Shown here in pieces: positions 59,061 through 64,000 of a stretch of 64,000 nt of DNA. The notes beneath the pieces were generated by a model. It saw nothing but the letters and a program-made list of their open reading frames with translations, searched no databases and was not told where the DNA came from. The DNA lies in assembly GCA_013239625.1 (NCBI GenBank), contig MU054212.1, positions 1-64,000 of the forward strand, in the 5' to 3' direction. The translations under genes were made by a program, and so were the position numbers. The DNA comes from Lama guanicoe. Taxonomy: Eukaryota. Position 1 is the first letter of the stretch; each line of letters begins with the position of its first letter.

Positions 59061-59979
59061 CAGTGCTTTGTGCGGCCTCTCCTTTGCTAGAGGTCTGAAG
59101 CTGTTGCACAGACAGCCCGAGTGAGCGGGCTCCCCGGTTTGGTGCGGGGGTGAAGGGGAGAGAGGAGGTGAAGATCAAGTCCAAGGTCCCCACTTGGGTA
59201 ACTGGGTAGATGGCGGTGTCTTTCCTCCATGTTGGAATTCAGGAGAAGCAGGTGTGTGAAGACTCTGGCATCTACCTCTCCACTGTGAGTCCTGTCATCC
59301 TCTTGAAGAATTTCAAAGCCCAACTCCAGCCTGGTCCAAAAACTCCAGCCAGTCATTTTCTTGACCCCTTTGACTCCAGCGGCCTTTGTTTGGACTCCAT
59401 TTCAGCCAGCTGCCCTCTTGGCTGTGCCTGTTCCTTGCCTTCCCCAGAACTTCCCTGTAAGAGAGACCGCACACTGGGATGGCCCACTTTCCGTCTGCCT
59501 CCTGGGTCCTGTCAGCACCCTCACGCTGATTACTTGCCCCGCATGTGTGCTTCTGTCACAGTCAGAGCAGCAAGTCTTCAGCCCGGCTTTCTTCCCTGTG
59601 TGTGCAAACCCTATCCTGCCTCACTGCTCTTCCACAACAGCTGAATCCCATGGATCCAGACCCCCCTTACTTCTGTGGCCTCTCCTCTTGCCGTGGCCTC
59701 GTCTCTCTGCCCGCTTGTTCCAGGCAGGACAAGGGACAAGCTGTGTCCCTCCTTCTAAGACCCCACACGTTAAAGAGGCACTAATATTCAATAACAGATT
59801 TTTCAGAAGGAGGGAAACTCTGCCACAGCCAGTGTACATAGTAATGACAAGAAACTTCTGTATTTCACAAGTGGTAAAGGTGGAAACACGTCTGTTTTAG
59901 GATGGAGGAATCATGACACTTTCAGTTCTAAGGATTGTTCTAAGGGCTCCGCGATACTGTCTTCCCTCCCTGGCAGAGA

Positions 59980-60170
59980 TCTTGCCTCATTTATCTTTTT
60001 AACAACACTACAGGATGGGCAAGATCATCTCCACTTTATATGAGGGAAACTGTTTTGGAAACCTGGAGTTATTTTCTCTCAGAAAGTTACATAAGTAAAA
60101 AGGAGAGAGTCAAGTCTCAAACATAGGTTTTCTCACTTCAGTTCTTCCTTCCCCTTTACTCTGCCATATC
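59980..60170 (-). mobile_element. MIR fragment
   Basis: CTCATTTATCTTTTTAACAACAC...ATCATCTCCACTTTATATGAGGGAAACTG. Confidence 0.65.
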
Positions 60171-60849
60171 ACAGCCTGGGACTCATTAGTTCTGACTTGT
60201 TCCCCAAGACTCAGTCAGGGCACCTGCCCTGAGAAGCCCTTGCTTGATCGCCTTTTCCAGGCTGAGGCTGGACTCAGAAGCCGCGTCTGTGCTTCCCTAG
60301 GGCCCGGACGTGCCTCCTGCTAAGTCCCTCCTCTGCGTTGGGAACGACTAGACACAGAGGTCAAGGCTGTTTTAGTCTCGTGTCTCCGGGGCGAGCGTGG
60401 GGCTGGCACATGGCAGCCCTTCAGACAATACTGGCTTTCCTTCCCCAAAGCTGTTCGAAGCCCCCATTGGTCACTGACAGTTTTATCTGTTTCAGGCCCG
60501 TTAGAACTTCAAGGACCACACAAATGTTATTGTTCCTTTCAAGGCCTTCAAAAGCTCCCAAATCTATGCTTTCCCAAATCTATGCCTTAAATATTCCCCT
60601 GAGAAAGTGCTAATCAGTATCACAAGTTAAACGTATGTGCTTCTGACCATGCTGTTACAAATGGAGGCTTTTATATCACATCCAAAAAACCTGCTAGCTG
60701 GGGAGGAAATGAGTGTCCAAGTTGTCTGATGTTTGGCCCTGACGTTCTAAAAAGCCCACAAGAAAATTTTACTGATTGAAGAAAAGGCTTGGTGACAGCA
60801 AGGTCCCCCAAGATAGAAGCAGTGAGAGGGGAAATGGAGTCAAAGAACA

Positions 60850-61560
60850 CGCTCCACGTGTATCTTCTTTAAAGGAGTCGGCCTGGCCAAAGCACCGCTT
60901 AGATGACTCACTGATCTCTGCCTTTGGCCCGGGCCAGCGCCTTGCCTGCCTGCCGGCCTTTCTGAGTTTCTGGCGGAGCTTCCGGTGCGCCATGCAGGAA
61001 GTGAGGTCACGATTGTTTTGGCAGTTTGGGGAGCGTTGATCCCCTGGTAGCGGCTGGAGTTTATCAGTAGGCTTAGCCTTTGCACTTTGAGAAACCAACT
61101 ATTATCTCACCCACAACTTAGAATAATAAAAAAGCCCATGGCAGAAAAACGTGCAGTAAGTAAAGATAAAGAGCAAACGAGGGAGAATCCAGTGTGTCTG
61201 TCGACATTTGCCTCCAGAGCACGCGTCCTGCCCGCGGTCCCACAGGCCAGCGCGGAAGCTCCCCCCGCTTTCTCGCCCTCTCTCTCTGGGCTTAGCGTCC
61301 AGTCAGGAAAAATGCTAGACGGGCGCCGGGAGCAGAGAAAACAATGTTCCGTCTTTAGTTAATCATTTTGGTGCAGTTACTTCCTGAAGTGACCCGTCAT
61401 GGGACGCAGGTTTAGGGAGACCACACGTTCTTCATCCTGGAGGCTCCTTCCCCCTGGGAGCTGTAATCAGAGCAATTAAAAGATGGAGCGGCCTCCACAG
61501 TGACTGCTGGAACAGTCTAGAAGGACCTGGGGAACCACCGGTCAGGGACCCTGCACGAAG
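60850..61560. promoter_or_regulatory. Candidate enhancer, locally CpG-enriched unique sequence
   Basis: CACGTG 60855-60860, TGACTCA 60904-60910, CTTCCGG 60979-60985, CAGGAAGTG 60995-61003, AGGTCA 61004-61009, ACTTCCTG 61379-61386. Confidence 0.45.
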
Positions 61561-62018
61561 GCTTCCAACGCCAGGCAGGGCACCAACTTAACTCCGATTT
61601 GACTCTAAGTCTGAGATTCTGTACGTTTATGCATCAGAATTATATAGAGAAGTAAGATTCTCCTGTAACACTGACCTGGAGGGGTCGCAAAGGCTAAAAA
61701 GTATGTAACTGCAAAAAAAAAAAAAAGTCTTTGCAAATCTTATTTTAAATAGCCAGCGCAATGGAAAAGTGGTATCATGTTACCATTGAAATTATCTAAG
61801 ATTGGTTAACTGAGTCACCGTACTGTTGTTCACTGGAAGACACAGACAATGACGAAGATGTTGAAGAACTTGGTAATTAATAACCATTTATCAAGCAAGT
61901 GGGAGATTTTTTAAATGCAAATACAGTGATTCTGGCTTAACTTCTTCAAGTGTCTTTGTTTTGTTTTTTAAATCTGGAATATATTGTGGGACTTTGAGCA
62001 TGTGGTTGTAAACCCAAA

Positions 62019-62039
62019 GCATATATATATGTGTGTGTG

Positions 62040-62085
<46 letters not shown>
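62019..62085. repeat. (AT)5(GT)5(AT)3(AC)15(AT)4 compound microsatellite
   Basis: Read directly; purine-pyrimidine alternation throughout. Confidence 0.97.
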
Positions 62086-62394
62086 ACATTTATACTTTTT
62101 AGGACTACTGTTAAAAGTATTGTTAAAAGTGATTGAAGTTACATAATGTTGAAAGATAGAAGAAAAGCTTGAAGTAAAATGTGGACTTCACAAAATGTTC
62201 TGCCACTTGATGTTCTGAAAACATGCTCTGAGCGAGAGGCTCACAGCCCGCAGCAGGATCAGGACGTCCCAGAGGACTTGGAGTCTCTTAGTGGATCAGC
62301 TCCGCCCTGTCCGGGACTGGGCTGTCCCCTGCTGGCTCCTGTTGCGTCTGGTCAGAGCTGGCAGAATGGGAGTTACTGACAGTGTCTGCGGACA

Positions 62395-62560
62395 GCGTAT
62401 ACAGTGACTGAAGTGCTAGATGTGGAGTCAGGCAGAGCACGTTTACATTTCCTATTCGCTTCTTGTTAGCGATGTGACTTTGAGTGAGTTAATTAATCTC
62501 TCTGAACCCCAGTTAACCTTGTGGGCTTATTGTGAAGATTAAATACATGGACAGAAGGCC
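62395..62560 (+). mobile_element. MIR fragment
   Basis: GTGGAGTCAGGCAGA...TAGCGATGTGACTTTGAGTGAGTTAATTAATCTCTCTGAACCCCAGTT...TTGTGAAGATTAAAT. Confidence 0.8.
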
Positions 62561-64000
62561 ACTTCACTAACAACCCAACTTTCTCATTATCCTTTAGGCT
62601 TTCAGGTACCCACATCCTTCTTTTCCAGATTGATCGGTATTCTTTCATCTTTACAGGCACCTTCACACCCCTTATCTTCCTTTCTTCATTGTCCTGGCCT
62701 GGAAAGCCCTCAACCCAAGGCAGCCCCATCAAGTCGCTGTCGGGGTTTCTCCCAATTCTTTCACCTGATGGGTGGGAGGTGACGTTCACACGAACCTCAC
62801 ACCTTTCCACCCTCACCTCCCTCAGCTCTCAGCACCGCTGGACCCCACTGGCTGCTCTCTTATTCTTGACTTCTTAACACCGCTTACAAATACCCCTTGC
62901 AGTTCTTGGCTGCATTGCTCAGATTAAAACTGGAGTTTCTTCCTTTCCAAGAGTCTATGCTATGATTTTTTCACAGAAGCAGAACACAATGATTTTTACT
63001 GAAAAGCAAGCCATTCAGAAGACAGAAGTTCCTTCAAATTTTGAACAGAGACCCTCTGACCATGTCTCGAATAGAAGATCTACATTCTCACCATAAATTC
63101 TAGAGTCTTAGAGCTGCGGTTCCTGAGGACTTGAGGAAATTCAGAAGGCAAAGTCAGCAGTCCCTGAAACCCTCTGTGTCAGACTCAGAGTTGACCGTCA
63201 GCTGACTCCTCTTCATTACTCTTCAGAGGCTGAGCCTAGAGGAGAGACGTGGAGTGACTCCACCAGTGGTTCACAGGACTTCAGAGAGATTTATAAGTAC
63301 CTATTTGGTTTTCTTTCAGTTTCCATCAAGGTCTAAGTGGGAAGGGGTGGGGCGGGGAAGGCCCAGTCTCCAGGGTGTTGACTGACAGGGAGCAGACGTG
63401 ATTCATGGGTTAGCCTCTCCGTGAGAGAAACTCACAGGGCTTCCGGTAGCAACTGCCCTTTCGCACACGCTCCGCCAGTGCCCCTTCTGTTTGCAAATGT
63501 CTGCTTTCATTAGGAGTGCTTCTTTTTTTCAGTGTCTTTCACAGTTATTGTAACTTCCAGCTCTAGGGAAGAGTACGAAGGAGTTCCTGTCTTTGCCAGT
63601 AGTCCTGGAGGAAAACGCACCGGTCCTCAGAAATGAGTCACTCACAATGTGAATTCATTGAGTAACTAAAGGCTGAATGATATGGGAAGAGTTACTCATA
63701 CACTGTAACACACACTCACTACCATCTGGCCTCTTCGTGCCCGCATGGCTCCTTACTCTAAACGAGGTTACTGGGAATTAATACATATGTATTAGGGGAA
63801 GGAGCAGTCCCTGGGGACATGAGCTAAACAGCACGGTGTTCTTCCCTAGGTAGACAACAAGGGTGCTTGGGGAAGCACTGAGTAATGGTTGAAAGATAAA
63901 TTACATACAGACGAGTCAGTATCTTGCCAATTAAGCTTCTTGAATAGGACATTTCTGAGAAAATGCTGGCATCTAAGCAGTTCAAAGAGTTAACTTTTAT

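Overview
This is mammalian nuclear DNA, very probably camelid (camel/alpaca/llama/vicuna): it carries four copies of a tRNA-Ala(AGC)-derived SINE with the ACCTAATTACC(T/A)CCC tail motif I recall for camelid vic-1, on a background of ancient eutherian repeats (MIR, L2, L1M, MLT1, LTR16, MER-type DNA transposons). I find no credible protein-coding exon or intact RNA gene. The ORF track is explained by GC-rich sequence, microsatellites and decayed L1/L2 frames. The main functional-looking element is a CpG island at ~4.72-5.79 kb (GC boxes, TEAD-type motifs) whose gene I cannot name. The rest looks intronic or intergenic, with candidate enhancers (~45.8-46.3, ~52.6, ~60.9-61.6, ~63.3-63.6 kb) and non-B-DNA-prone repeats. 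I do not see a novel biological system. The best leads are: an L1MC whose 5' UTR is joined directly to its 3' end inside a degenerate TSD; a cluster of consensus minus-strand 5' splice sites left of the island; a MIR3 absorbed into the island edge; a compact NF-kB/AP-1/ETS/FOX module; and vic-1 linkers that have seeded different microsatellites. Repeat family names come from recalled consensus sequences, not a search; boundaries of old repeats are approximate (tens of bp).
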